Positions 1-10,047 of a stretch of 64,000 nt of DNA are shown in pieces. Under the pieces are notes generated by a model. The model saw only the letters and a program-made list of their open reading frames with translations. It did no database searches and was not told where the DNA came from. The translations under genes were made by a program, and so were the position numbers. Every line of letters starts with the position of its first letter. The stretch's first letter is position 1. This DNA comes from Candidatus Hermodarchaeota archaeon (GTDB taxonomy: Archaea; Asgardarchaeota; Lokiarchaeia; Sigyniarchaeales; SOKP01): contig JBHLLG010000001.1 of NCBI GenBank assembly GCA_048885925.1, forward strand, positions 195,105-259,104, written 5' to 3'.

Positions 1-1
1 T

Positions 2-352
2 GTGTCTAAGCAAATTGAACCTCTGAATCAAAATGAAAAATTTAAAGAGAAATTTAAAGATACAGAAGTAAAAGTATTGTTAAATGCAAAGGATGGAAAA
101 TGGGCAGCTTTATTAATAATAGATAAAGGAAAGATTTACGTAGAAGGAATACAAAATTCACCTAAAGAGAATATTAAAAAGAAAAATGCTGGATGGGATG
201 GGTTATTGGAGACTACGACACCTATGTTTCTAGAGCTTCTAGGAAGCGATAGTATCTCAATGGGAAAAGTTTTTCGAAAATGGTTGACAGGAAAAATAAA
301 ATTTAGAGGATTAAAGCATGTATTAGTTTTACTTCAACTATTTGAATTATAA
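2..352 (+). CDS. 5'-truncated SCP2 (sterol carrier protein 2)-like lipid-binding domain protein
   Basis: ORF runs off the left edge; C-terminal pattern 'FLELLG...WLTGKIKFRG...L' resembles SCP2 domains (xxGKLKxxG). Confidence 0.55.
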   Translation: MSKQIEPLNQNEKFKEKFKDTEVKVLLNAKDGKWAALLIIDKGKIYVEGIQNSPKENIKKKNAGWDGLLETTTPMFLELLGSDSISMGKVFRKWLTGKIKFRGLKHVLVLLQLFEL

Positions 353-778
353 TTTAAGATTAAATATATCCATTAAGGATATCATCCTTTCTTTTAATTT
401 CTCATTATTATTTTCATCTTTTAAGGAATTGAGAATTACCTCTTTATCATTTTCTGATATGGAATCCTGAAACAAATCAAGAAATTCTCTTAAAAATATA
501 ACTTTCTTATATGGATTTTTTTGTATTTTATTTAGAAAATCTTCAATTATAAGGTTAGATGATACTTTCTCCATTTCTTCTTTCGATTTGATTTGAGATT
601 CCATTCCTATGAATTCTCGTAATATGGAATTTTTATTGATAATATTCTGAGTAATTTCTTTTAACATCTCATTTCTAGAGGGAATTGAGATATTTGTAAT
701 ATAATCCATTATTTCAGAATTTTTTTTTTCAATAGATTCAATCATATCAAGAATTTTTTCCTTATTTCCTCTTTCCAT
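347..778 (-). CDS. hypothetical alpha-helical protein
   Basis: 143-aa ATG-started ORF with genome-typical composition; no recognisable motif. Confidence 0.6.
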   Translation of the reverse strand: MERGNKEKILDMIESIEKKNSEIMDYITNISIPSRNEMLKEITQNIINKNSILREFIGMESQIKSKEEMEKVSSNLIIEDFLNKIQKNPYKKVIFLREFLDLFQDSISENDKEVILNSLKDENNNEKLKERMISLMDIFNLKL

Positions 779-838
779 AATATATTAAATTTTAGTCTAA
801 ATTTTTAAATTTAACTGAAAATAATTGTTATTTAGATT

Positions 839-1579
839 ATGTTTACGACTGAGAAAGAAAAACTGCATAAATTTCAAGAGTTCATTGGGTATGAGTTCAA
901 AGATATATCCTTTTTAGAACAGGCTTTAACAACACCTCAATTGTCACATTTGAAAGGATCGAGAAATTATGAAGCCTTAGAAACTCTGGGTGATGCTGTT
1001 ATTAAGATTATTTTTATTTTAAAATTATATAAAAGAGGTATAACGGATCCAGGAGAAATTACAAAAATTAAAGCACTTCTCGAGAGTGATAAAAAATTCA
1101 AAAGAGTTGCGAAAAAAATTAATTTAGAAGAATACATCTTTAAAACAGAAAAGCAAAAAATAAAGGGTACTCGAATTCCTGCTGATATTTTTGAAGCTTT
1201 ATGTGGAGCTCTATTTCTTGATTCTAATCTAGACTTAAGTTTAGTAGAACATAAAATGATTGATCCTTTCTATGATGATTTAAATTCTATCATTGATGAT
1301 TCTATAATTTCAAGTAAAAATCTGTTATTAGAGTATTTACAGAAAAAATTCAAGACCAATATCGTGATTAAATTAGATTATGAAAAAAAAGGTCTTGAGC
1401 ATGAATTGATATGGGTCGCTAAAAATCCCAAAATCTTAGAAAAAATTAATCAAAAAGAAATAGTAAAATTACCTAAAAGGCTGAAGTCCACTAGATTTAC
1501 TAATAAAAAAGATGCAGATAAAGATATTTATGCAAAAATATTAGATTTTTTAATAAATAACCAAAACAACGATTCTTAA
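839..1579 (+). CDS. rnc: ribonuclease III family protein (RNase III domain plus degenerate dsRBD)
   Basis: Signature 'NYEALETLGDAVI' and 'ADIFEALCGALFLD'; C-terminal 'SKNLLLEYLQK...KKDAD' resembles a dsRBD. Confidence 0.85.
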   Translation: MFTTEKEKLHKFQEFIGYEFKDISFLEQALTTPQLSHLKGSRNYEALETLGDAVIKIIFILKLYKRGITDPGEITKIKALLESDKKFKRVAKKINLEEYIFKTEKQKIKGTRIPADIFEALCGALFLDSNLDLSLVEHKMIDPFYDDLNSIIDDSIISSKNLLLEYLQKKFKTNIVIKLDYEKKGLEHELIWVAKNPKILEKINQKEIVKLPKRLKSTRFTNKKDADKDIYAKILDFLINNQNNDS

Positions 1580-1820
1580 AATGCTTATTTACTTTTTTAT
1601 TACCATTTCTAATTTATGTACAAAATAATGAAGTAGTTTGATTGTTCTAATAAATTAGAAACTAAATTTTTTAAAAATTATCTAAATTTCATTAATTGAA
1701 TCAAATTAATGATCTGAAAAAGTTTATTTTACCATCTTGATATATTAAAATAAAAAATTCCTTAAAAAATATCAATAGATGTTTAAAAGAAAGAAAAAAA
1801 GAGAGTAGAGGGAATTTAAA

Positions 1821-2999
1821 ATGTCCAAATCGCCAATAATAAAAAAAACACCAGAAATGGAAGATTATGAAGAAGCAACGGGAAAATTAGCAATATGGAA
1901 AGGAGAGATTTCAAAAGATTTTAAAAAATGGGTGAAAAAGAAAGAACAGGAAAAAATTAAGCAAGAAAAAAATGCTATACTTACTCAATCGAGGAGTGAA
2001 AAGAAAAAGATGAAGATAGAATCTCTTGATGGGAAGATAATCGGAAAGGATTACGAACATCTAATTGTAGTTGACGGTCTTCACAAAACCTATCTACTTG
2101 GGACTACTGCAGTCGCAGCTTTGCGAGGCGTTGATTTAACAATCGATTCAGGAGATTTCGTAGACATTATGGGTCCATCAGGATCTGGGAAAACAACTTT
2201 ATTAAACTTGATTGGTGGATTAGACACCCCAACTCGGGGAAAGATCTTTTTAGAGGGGCGTAATATCTCAATGCTTTCAGATAATGATTTAGCAGAAATA
2301 AGACGTGAAAGAATCGGATTTGTTTTTCAATTCTATAATCTTCTCCCACAAATGACAGCTATGGAGAATGTGATGGTCCCATTACATTTTTCAGGGAAAT
2401 TAAGTCGGCGAGGTAAAAGAAAGAAAGCAATGGATCTTTTACGATTAGTTGGACTAGATGAAAGAGCACATCATACCCCTTCTGAATTGAGTGGAGGCGA
2501 ACAACAAAGGGTTGCCATTGCAAGAGCTTTTGCGAATGATCCCGCAATTTGTGTGTTGGATGAACCAACGGGTGATTTGGACTCAAAAACAGGCGTAATG
2601 ATCTTAAACCTTCTTCGAGATCTAAATAAACGTGGTGCTACATTCGTTGCAGTAAGCCATGATGCAGCAGTTTCTGAATTTGCTACTCGAGTATTCCATA
2701 TGAGAGATGGAAAACTAACCCATGAAGGAAAAGTGGGTGGATTAAAAGAAACCGATATTATGCAACTAAAACGAAAACAAGAGACTGAAATAAATAAGGA
2801 GAAGTGCAAAAGTAAGATTTTTCAATACCTTTACGCAAATCAAGGCAAAAATGAGATTCCAATAAATGAAATAAGAAATAATGTTCCTTCTTCTATAGTT
2901 ATAAATTTACCAGAACATTTTAATGATGTTCTACAGGAGTTAATTGAAGAGAATAATCTTTTGGGTAAAATTGAGGGAGATTTATTAATTCTAAATTAA
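1821..2999 (+). CDS. ABC ATP-binding protein, MacB/LolD/FtsE family, with N- and C-terminal extensions
   Basis: Walker A GPSGSGKT, 'RRERIGFVFQFYNLL', signature LSGGEQQRV, Walker B 'LDEPTGDLD', H-loop 'VSHD', 'MRDG'. Confidence 0.93.
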   Translation: MSKSPIIKKTPEMEDYEEATGKLAIWKGEISKDFKKWVKKKEQEKIKQEKNAILTQSRSEKKKMKIESLDGKIIGKDYEHLIVVDGLHKTYLLGTTAVAALRGVDLTIDSGDFVDIMGPSGSGKTTLLNLIGGLDTPTRGKIFLEGRNISMLSDNDLAEIRRERIGFVFQFYNLLPQMTAMENVMVPLHFSGKLSRRGKRKKAMDLLRLVGLDERAHHTPSELSGGEQQRVAIARAFANDPAICVLDEPTGDLDSKTGVMILNLLRDLNKRGATFVAVSHDAAVSEFATRVFHMRDGKLTHEGKVGGLKETDIMQLKRKQETEINKEKCKSKIFQYLYANQGKNEIPINEIRNNVPSSIVINLPEHFNDVLQELIEENNLLGKIEGDLLILN

Positions 3000-3034
3000 A
3001 AAATGTAAACTAAAATCGAATATATATTAGCCAT

Positions 3035-6000
3035 ATGACAAATATTAAGCTAATTTTTAAATATGCATTTCTTGATCTTAAAAAGCAAAAGATTAGAGCA
3101 ATATTAGCAATAATTGGAATGCTTATTTCTATAGGTCTTCTTACAGTTGTACTATTTCTATCAGATTCTATTGCTGTGGGTTTTGTGGACTATTTATCTA
3201 TAGATTCCGGCAATCAAGATGCTGTAATTTCTGTAAGACATTATAATGAAGAACCTGATAATAGATCCTCCTATTTTGAATATAATCCTCTTATTAACAT
3301 AATTCAAGAAACAACAAATGCTATTGAAAATTTCATACCAAGAATGGAAATAGAGGGATCAGTTAATATTTCAGAAGGTTATTATACAACAAACATAACA
3401 AATGAAGAAGAATGGTGCACAATTTCAGCAATAAATTTTACTTTGGAAAATCAGTTAAATTTTGGATCTTTTTTGCATCCTATTGATAATCAATTGCTCG
3501 ATTTATATGAGCTACCTTTAAATCACTGCGCGATTTATTATGGCTTCAATGATATTATTAAATATTCTGAAGGTGATACAATAGAAATTAAAATGGAATT
3601 AACTTATGGGAATATTACCCTTAACCGTACAAAAAATCTAATAATCGATAAAATTTTCGATTTCAACTTAAAATGGCCAGTGCTGTACCGTAATAGAAAT
3701 TTAATTGTTGTTGACATTAATACTCTTTATCAATATTTTGGCCAAGAATTATTCATAGGAAAATGTAGCGATTTAATATTAACATTTAAAGGAAGCAGTA
3801 GTTTGTATGATATTAGGAATTTAGAGGATTCTAAAGCATTTATTAAAAATATTGTTGCAGATATTCAGATTGCAATCGGAATCAATGAATATAATATAGA
3901 TTTACCTAAATTAAGAGTCTTAGGATGGTACGAATCCCTCAATGTATTTATTGTTATAGTATTTGTTTTCGTTTCAATTATATCAATGCTTATTTCAGGT
4001 GTTCTTATTAATGGTATATTAAAAACCTCTGTGGAAGAACGAATAAGAGAATTTGGTATATTTAGAACTTTAGGGGCAAACAAAAGGTATAATTTAGCTA
4101 TTGTGCTGATGCAGGGATTTTTATTATGTAATTTTGGAGCTATTTCAGGAATTATAACAGCATTTATTATTTCCCGATTTATAATAATACCTTTTGCAAA
4201 TACTGTAATTTCGCAAAGTACATTGGGATTTGGTCATATACCTTTTACATTTACATGGTGGTCTATTATAATATCATATATTATGGGTATTAGTGTAGGA
4301 TTAATTGTTAGTATATCACCTGCATTCAAAGTAATGCGTCTTCAGTTAATCGAATCTATTCACCCATATCGTCATGAAGATACATTATATCATCTACAAA
4401 AGAAAGCTACGGTGAATTATAAATTAATTTTAGTTGGGATTATTTTAGCATTTAATGGAGGATTTGTCTTTTATGTAATCCCTCGAATTATGGTTGCAAG
4501 TGATTTATCACTCTTTGCTGGAACGTTGATAGCAATTTTGCTAATATTTAATATTGGTTTGACACTCGCAGGTTTGGGGCTGATACCATTAATTTTGAGG
4601 TTGGTGATTGAACTTTTTCGCCCATTTGCCCGAAAATTACATAATGTCATTAAAATCTTTATTTTTAGATATCAGCGAAGAAATTCTAGCACTATTATTA
4701 TTTTTGCATTGTCTTTCTCGTTCGTCATTTTTACCTCATCACTTATCAATACTCTATCAGCTCAATATTCCGCTATAACTCAATTATCATATGGGTCAGA
4801 TCTAGTTATTGAAACTACTGGTTGGAAAGAAGCTGATCAGAGATTTCAAGATCCTTTTGGAGGTGGTGGTTTTGGTATCATGGTTAGCAATGAAAATTCA
4901 ATTAATAGAAAAGAATCAGTAAAACTGCAATATAATATAGATTCTATAAATCCTAACAAAATCATTACCACAGAATTTGAAGAAAATCTAATGGCTATCG
5001 ACGGGATTGAGAAAGTTTCATCTGTCTTAGCCATGCCTTATCAACTAACTCAAATTTACGGGGAGGAGAAGAAAGAATTTGTAGCAGAAATAGGCGATTA
5101 TGCAGGTTTAAGTACACAAGAAATTACATTAATCGGAGTTGATGAAGAATATCCTTTTACTGTGAAGCGACAATTTATAGAAATGACTTCTGGAAATATT
5201 GATACTTCATTTAATAGTTTATTTGATACGGGTCAGCCATATACTTGTATTATCTCTGAGGCTATTTCGATAAATATGGATTTGTTATTGGGGGATAGAG
5301 TTAGGATTGTAATTCAAAGAGGTGATGAGTTAGAAATATATCCTTTCCGAATTGTTGGGGCAGCAAAAAGTATGCCAGGATTTTCTCAAGAATTTTCAGG
5401 GACAGTAATGGCTGCATCGATGGGTGGGGTGTTAATCTCAAACGAAGTATATTTGCAAATTTTGGATATTCCTCCAGTACCTTATTTAGATAAAATTTTT
5501 GTTAAACTCCGAGAAGATAAATTATCTGAAGCTCATCATATTGAGAAAACTATTGAGGATTTATATCAAGTAAATTATAATTTTAGGGTATCTAATCTTG
5601 CTAGAATGCTAGCACAACAAAGATCAGCTTTTTTTGTATTAGATACACTTTTTACCCTTATTTCGCTAACTACAGTATTTATTTGTGTTTTTGGATTACT
5701 TTCCTCTTCATACTCCACAATAATAGAAAGATATAAAGAGATTGGCATTGTGAGAACTTTAGGTTTAAAAGGGAGAGAAATCAATCGCTTATTTATTCTT
5801 GAGTCTTTAATAATAATGATAAGTAGTGGGACTGTAGGGATTATAGTTGGTTGGCTTACAAGTTGGCTTGTGACAAGTCAAATGATGGGGACATTTCTAG
5901 GGATGCCAAGTTTAATTTATGTACCTTGGTTTAATATTATATTAATTTACCTACTTTCTTTTGTAATGATTTTCTTAGGAATGAAGTTATTGTTAAGGAA

Positions 6001-6046
6001 AGTTAGAAAAAAGAAAATCGTAGAAATATATAGAGAATCGCTTTAA
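3035..6046 (+). CDS. FtsX/MacB-like ABC permease with two FtsX repeats (permease 1)
   Basis: Two FtsX coupling motifs, 'EERIREFGIFRTLGA' and 'IERYKEIGIVRTLGL'; about 10 hydrophobic helices; two large extracytoplasmic loops. Confidence 0.9.
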   Translation: MTNIKLIFKYAFLDLKKQKIRAILAIIGMLISIGLLTVVLFLSDSIAVGFVDYLSIDSGNQDAVISVRHYNEEPDNRSSYFEYNPLINIIQETTNAIENFIPRMEIEGSVNISEGYYTTNITNEEEWCTISAINFTLENQLNFGSFLHPIDNQLLDLYELPLNHCAIYYGFNDIIKYSEGDTIEIKMELTYGNITLNRTKNLIIDKIFDFNLKWPVLYRNRNLIVVDINTLYQYFGQELFIGKCSDLILTFKGSSSLYDIRNLEDSKAFIKNIVADIQIAIGINEYNIDLPKLRVLGWYESLNVFIVIVFVFVSIISMLISGVLINGILKTSVEERIREFGIFRTLGANKRYNLAIVLMQGFLLCNFGAISGIITAFIISRFIIIPFANTVISQSTLGFGHIPFTFTWWSIIISYIMGISVGLIVSISPAFKVMRLQLIESIHPYRHEDTLYHLQKKATVNYKLILVGIILAFNGGFVFYVIPRIMVASDLSLFAGTLIAILLIFNIGLTLAGLGLIPLILRLVIELFRPFARKLHNVIKIFIFRYQRRNSSTIIIFALSFSFVIFTSSLINTLSAQYSAITQLSYGSDLVIETTGWKEADQRFQDPFGGGGFGIMVSNENSINRKESVKLQYNIDSINPNKIITTEFEENLMAIDGIEKVSSVLAMPYQLTQIYGEEKKEFVAEIGDYAGLSTQEITLIGVDEEYPFTVKRQFIEMTSGNIDTSFNSLFDTGQPYTCIISEAISINMDLLLGDRVRIVIQRGDELEIYPFRIVGAAKSMPGFSQEFSGTVMAASMGGVLISNEVYLQILDIPPVPYLDKIFVKLREDKLSEAHHIEKTIEDLYQVNYNFRVSNLARMLAQQRSAFFVLDTLFTLISLTTVFICVFGLLSSSYSTIIERYKEIGIVRTLGLKGREINRLFILESLIIMISSGTVGIIVGWLTSWLVTSQMMGTFLGMPSLIYVPWFNIILIYLLSFVMIFLGMKLLLRKVRKKKIVEIYRESL

Positions 6047-6061
6047 TGGGGTGCAAAAATA

Positions 6062-9000
6062 ATGAGAATAAATAAAATAATAATAATTTATATTTTACTT
6101 TTCATGGCCTTTCTCACACCCTTAATCACAATAATAGATTATTCTAAGAAAAATATCTTTATAGAAGAAACAAATGTATTAGAGATTAATAAGAATCATT
6201 TGAAATCTTCAGATATAGCTGGCTCTGATCTTTATTCTGAAAGCATTGATGCATTTGTTGCTGGAAATAAATCTATTATTAAACAATCACTTTTTACAAA
6301 TGACACTAACATTCTTTCTCAATTTGACTCAAATGATCCTGCTTTCTATAAATGTAATGTATTTATAAGTGCTTCAAATGGTATAAATTCGGAAATTTTT
6401 CCAAGAATCTTAACTGAGAGCGGATTATCTTCTCACTATTCTACAAGTTTCAATAATTTTGCTGGATTTCTTTTTTATGATAAGGATTTGAAGAGTTCTG
6501 ATGCAAAATTAAGAGCAGAAAGAGCGCTTGAGATAATTAAAAGAAAATTTATGATCGATCTGATAATGGTTAATACATCAGAACCCAATTTTTTTCCTTT
6601 TGTTGGAGCTTGTCCAAATTGGGATTGTTTTCTAAGTGAGCTTACAAGTAATTTTCCGATGGATGGGTATTGGAAAGCTTTTGATTTCGAACGTTTAACG
6701 AGCCAAGAATACGTGGAAAATTATCATATTTCCTCTAGTTTTATGCTACTTAATTCATTAGATTTTTTTGAAGGAGAATATGATATTGAAATAGATCAGG
6801 TTAATTTTAATTTAGAATCCCTAGATTTATCTTTCCTTGAAGGAATAGAAGTTGAAAATGTAATCGATCAATTCAATAATACAGCGGAGATCTATGGAGA
6901 TATATTTAATGTAACAATTTCAGAAGATGAATTAGAGCAACTTATTGAAAGTTTTAGTTCGTTTACACTTGCGTCTGATTCAAACTATGCAACAATATCA
7001 ATTCAATATGAGGGTTTGAGTGGAGGTATACAGAAAATTAATGATAATCAATATAATTTCAATTTATGGAACTCATTAGGTTATGAGGGTGAACCTCTAG
7101 CTCCAAGTGAAAAAATTTATATTGCTCTGGCGGGTGCTTTTATGAGTGAAATTGAAATTAATATATTATGTACAGATATTATTGATGCAACTCCAACAAA
7201 TTATGAATTTTCCGAATATCTATTAGAACAAGTAGGTTTAATTTTTTATCTAAGTGGAATTGATTTAGATATTGAACAATTAAAAAATTATTCATTTGAT
7301 TTATTCTGGGTTAATGAAGAAGGTATAAAACATTCCTATATTAAACCAGTTAATCTGGAAAATCCATCTGATATAATTAATATAATTCAAATACTAGGGT
7401 TTCAAGGTTTTTCTTTTATTCCAACAGGTATTATAAATCCTATTGAAGATCTTTCAGTTACATACAATACTTCTAATTCAGAACCTAATTTAATACTTAA
7501 GAAAGAAATAATTGGAGGGAATGGATCATATGGAGCATTTAGAAATTTTTCATATTACATCTCTACAAAAAATGTTGGAAACACTATTGCTTGGGGGATT
7601 CCTACCCCAGTTCCTCTTGAACTAAATAACTTCTTTCTTCTTCTAACACTTGGCAATCAACAACTTGCTGATCAACTTCAAGATACTATATGGGAAATTA
7701 TTCGGATTGAGTATCCAAATCAATATGATTCATTAGAAGATTTTTTTAATTTTGATGAAGATCCTCGAATATTTTGTTTTGATACGTTTGGTACAGGTGT
7801 ATATGATGCTTTCTATCCAGATTTACTTAATTTTACAAATTTATGGCCCTATAATGAAAGAATGGACAATGTAATTAACAAACTAATCACAGGTTATCCT
7901 CTAATAATTGATGCATTATTAATTTTAGGGCTCACTCCTACCGAGATTAAAGATCTGTTTATGAATAATAATAGTATATGGAATGATGATAATTGGAAAT
8001 TGAATCCAGGTGAAATTATTTCATATCAAATTAACAACTATTCTATTGCAAATTTAGACACGTTTTCTCCGTTTTATAGAAATAATTTCACGATTCAATC
8101 CACCCCATCAACACCAAGAATTATCTTGGGGTCAGAAAATACTGGAACAACACCAGCAATGGCATTATTAAATGATAATGAAAGCTGGATAATTGATTCC
8201 GCTGAAAAGTTTTTAGAACAAAGGATTCAAATTGAATTTATTTTTAAAAATGATACTAAAATTGATTTTATTAATAATACTTTAGAAAGTGTCTCTATAA
8301 TAATAAATTTCAGTGCTCCGGATGATTTACAATCACTTAATTTTGAAATTTTTGATTTTAGTAAAGAAGAATTTAGAAATATTGATCCATATTTAGACTC
8401 TATTATAAATAACAGCTGGACATTCTCCATCATTAAAAATAACGATTCTCTAAATTGGATTTTTTATTCGCCAGAAAATAATGACTATACTGTGCTTTTT
8501 AGAATTACGGGTTCTGATTCAGAAATGTTTAATATATCCATTAATGATCTAGATATTGAATTTTCTAACAGAGATATTAATATTTATGAGGATCAAGGAT
8601 CATATGTCTTTTTTAGCTCTTCAACGGGTAATATTCAATTTGAGAGGCATTCAAATTCAATTCCACTTAGTACTTATAATGCAGCATTATTGATAGCAAA
8701 TTCTTCTTTAACTAATTTTAATTCAAATCCTGGGGATCTCAATACTTATACAATTTTCCTAAAGAATATTGGTTCTAATATAGCTAAAAATATAACAATT
8801 TCATTATTAATTCCTGGCATAATTGAAAAAACTAATAATTTCACGCTTCAAAATAGTAATTTAACATATTTCTTAGCCGAATTGAGTCCCTTACAAGAAA
8901 TATCACTAAATTTTACATTTTATATTCCAAATTCAATATCTATTAATCAAATTTCAATTTCATACCATAATCCAGAAAATATTGAAGGAGGAAATACGTC

Positions 9001-10045
9001 TAAAATAGTGAGTTTTACAAATGAGGTTTATATTCTGGCATCAATTGATTATGACTCTTACATTCCATTTGTTAGAACTGTTGCGATTAATTATAGTACT
9101 CATGAATCCTATTCAACTGAAATTGCACCAGCTATAGGTGATAATTTTAACTTGACAGTTAATCTTAGAAATGTGAGCCCTAATGGATTTAGTATTCCAG
9201 ATCTGAATCTATTAATGAATGATCAGTTTGGTGATTTAAAACGAATAGATAACAATTCTATTTACTTTAATGATATTGCTTATAATGAAATAAACTCATT
9301 TAATTTTACTTTAAAGAAAGTAGGATGGAGAGGTTATTATTATCCTCCTATTAACTCCATTAAAAGTTCAGAAAGTAGAACAATCCAAATTTCTGAATCT
9401 TCTTCCATGATATTAGGAAATATCAATTTTTCAATAATTAAGTCTGTGAATAAAGCACAAATAGAAATTGGGGACATTATAAATGTTGTTGTTGAAGTGG
9501 AAAATACAGGAACAATTAGTATTATGAATATTAAACTTAATGATATGGTTAGTTATTCTCAATCAGAATTCTCTTTAGTCGAAGGGAAATTGGTTAATAT
9601 AACAGATTCCTTAGATCCTGGTCAAAAAGATTATTTAAAGTATTCAATCAAGGGAAAAAAACAGGGTTTAGTCAGTTTAAAGCCTGCAAGCATTAAATTT
9701 TATTATCTTCATCAAAAATTAGTGATTTCTAATGACGTTTCTCTCAAAGTTATTACTCCAATATTAAGACAGTATTTATATATTGCTTTACCATTTTTAA
9801 TCTCCTTAGTTATATTAATTGCCTATTACTGGCAAATTAGAAACTACAAAAGGAAGAAAAGCCAATATCAGAGAGCTGAAATAAATCTTTTTGAACTCAG
9901 CTCAAGAGAATCAATACTTAAGAAAGAACAGACTCTACGAGAAAGACTTAGCATTTTAACAAATAAATACAAAGAAAAGAGCATTATCTTTGAAACGAAT
10001 AAGGGATTTGATAATTCAGATAATTCAATCAATAAAGGAGGTTAG
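6062..10045 (+). CDS. large membrane-anchored surface protein with Ig-like (DUF11/CARDB/BatD-like) repeats
   Basis: N-terminal hydrophobic signal/anchor; repeats 'PGDLNTYTIFLKNIG', 'IGDNFNLTVNLRN', 'IIKSVNKAQIEIGDIINVVVEVENTG'; many NxS/T sequons; C-terminal TM 'YLYIALPFLISLVILIAYYW' followed by a basic cytoplasmic tail. Confidence 0.7.
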   Translation: MRINKIIIIYILLFMAFLTPLITIIDYSKKNIFIEETNVLEINKNHLKSSDIAGSDLYSESIDAFVAGNKSIIKQSLFTNDTNILSQFDSNDPAFYKCNVFISASNGINSEIFPRILTESGLSSHYSTSFNNFAGFLFYDKDLKSSDAKLRAERALEIIKRKFMIDLIMVNTSEPNFFPFVGACPNWDCFLSELTSNFPMDGYWKAFDFERLTSQEYVENYHISSSFMLLNSLDFFEGEYDIEIDQVNFNLESLDLSFLEGIEVENVIDQFNNTAEIYGDIFNVTISEDELEQLIESFSSFTLASDSNYATISIQYEGLSGGIQKINDNQYNFNLWNSLGYEGEPLAPSEKIYIALAGAFMSEIEINILCTDIIDATPTNYEFSEYLLEQVGLIFYLSGIDLDIEQLKNYSFDLFWVNEEGIKHSYIKPVNLENPSDIINIIQILGFQGFSFIPTGIINPIEDLSVTYNTSNSEPNLILKKEIIGGNGSYGAFRNFSYYISTKNVGNTIAWGIPTPVPLELNNFFLLLTLGNQQLADQLQDTIWEIIRIEYPNQYDSLEDFFNFDEDPRIFCFDTFGTGVYDAFYPDLLNFTNLWPYNERMDNVINKLITGYPLIIDALLILGLTPTEIKDLFMNNNSIWNDDNWKLNPGEIISYQINNYSIANLDTFSPFYRNNFTIQSTPSTPRIILGSENTGTTPAMALLNDNESWIIDSAEKFLEQRIQIEFIFKNDTKIDFINNTLESVSIIINFSAPDDLQSLNFEIFDFSKEEFRNIDPYLDSIINNSWTFSIIKNNDSLNWIFYSPENNDYTVLFRITGSDSEMFNISINDLDIEFSNRDINIYEDQGSYVFFSSSTGNIQFERHSNSIPLSTYNAALLIANSSLTNFNSNPGDLNTYTIFLKNIGSNIAKNITISLLIPGIIEKTNNFTLQNSNLTYFLAELSPLQEISLNFTFYIPNSISINQISISYHNPENIEGGNTSKIVSFTNEVYILASIDYDSYIPFVRTVAINYSTHESYSTEIAPAIGDNFNLTVNLRNVSPNGFSIPDLNLLMNDQFGDLKRIDNNSIYFNDIAYNEINSFNFTLKKVGWRGYYYPPINSIKSSESRTIQISESSSMILGNINFSIIKSVNKAQIEIGDIINVVVEVENTGTISIMNIKLNDMVSYSQSEFSLVEGKLVNITDSLDPGQKDYLKYSIKGKKQGLVSLKPASIKFYYLHQKLVISNDVSLKVITPILRQYLYIALPFLISLVILIAYYWQIRNYKRKKSQYQRAEINLFELSSRESILKKEQTLRERLSILTNKYKEKSIIFETNKGFDNSDNSINKGG

Positions 10046-10047
10046 AG

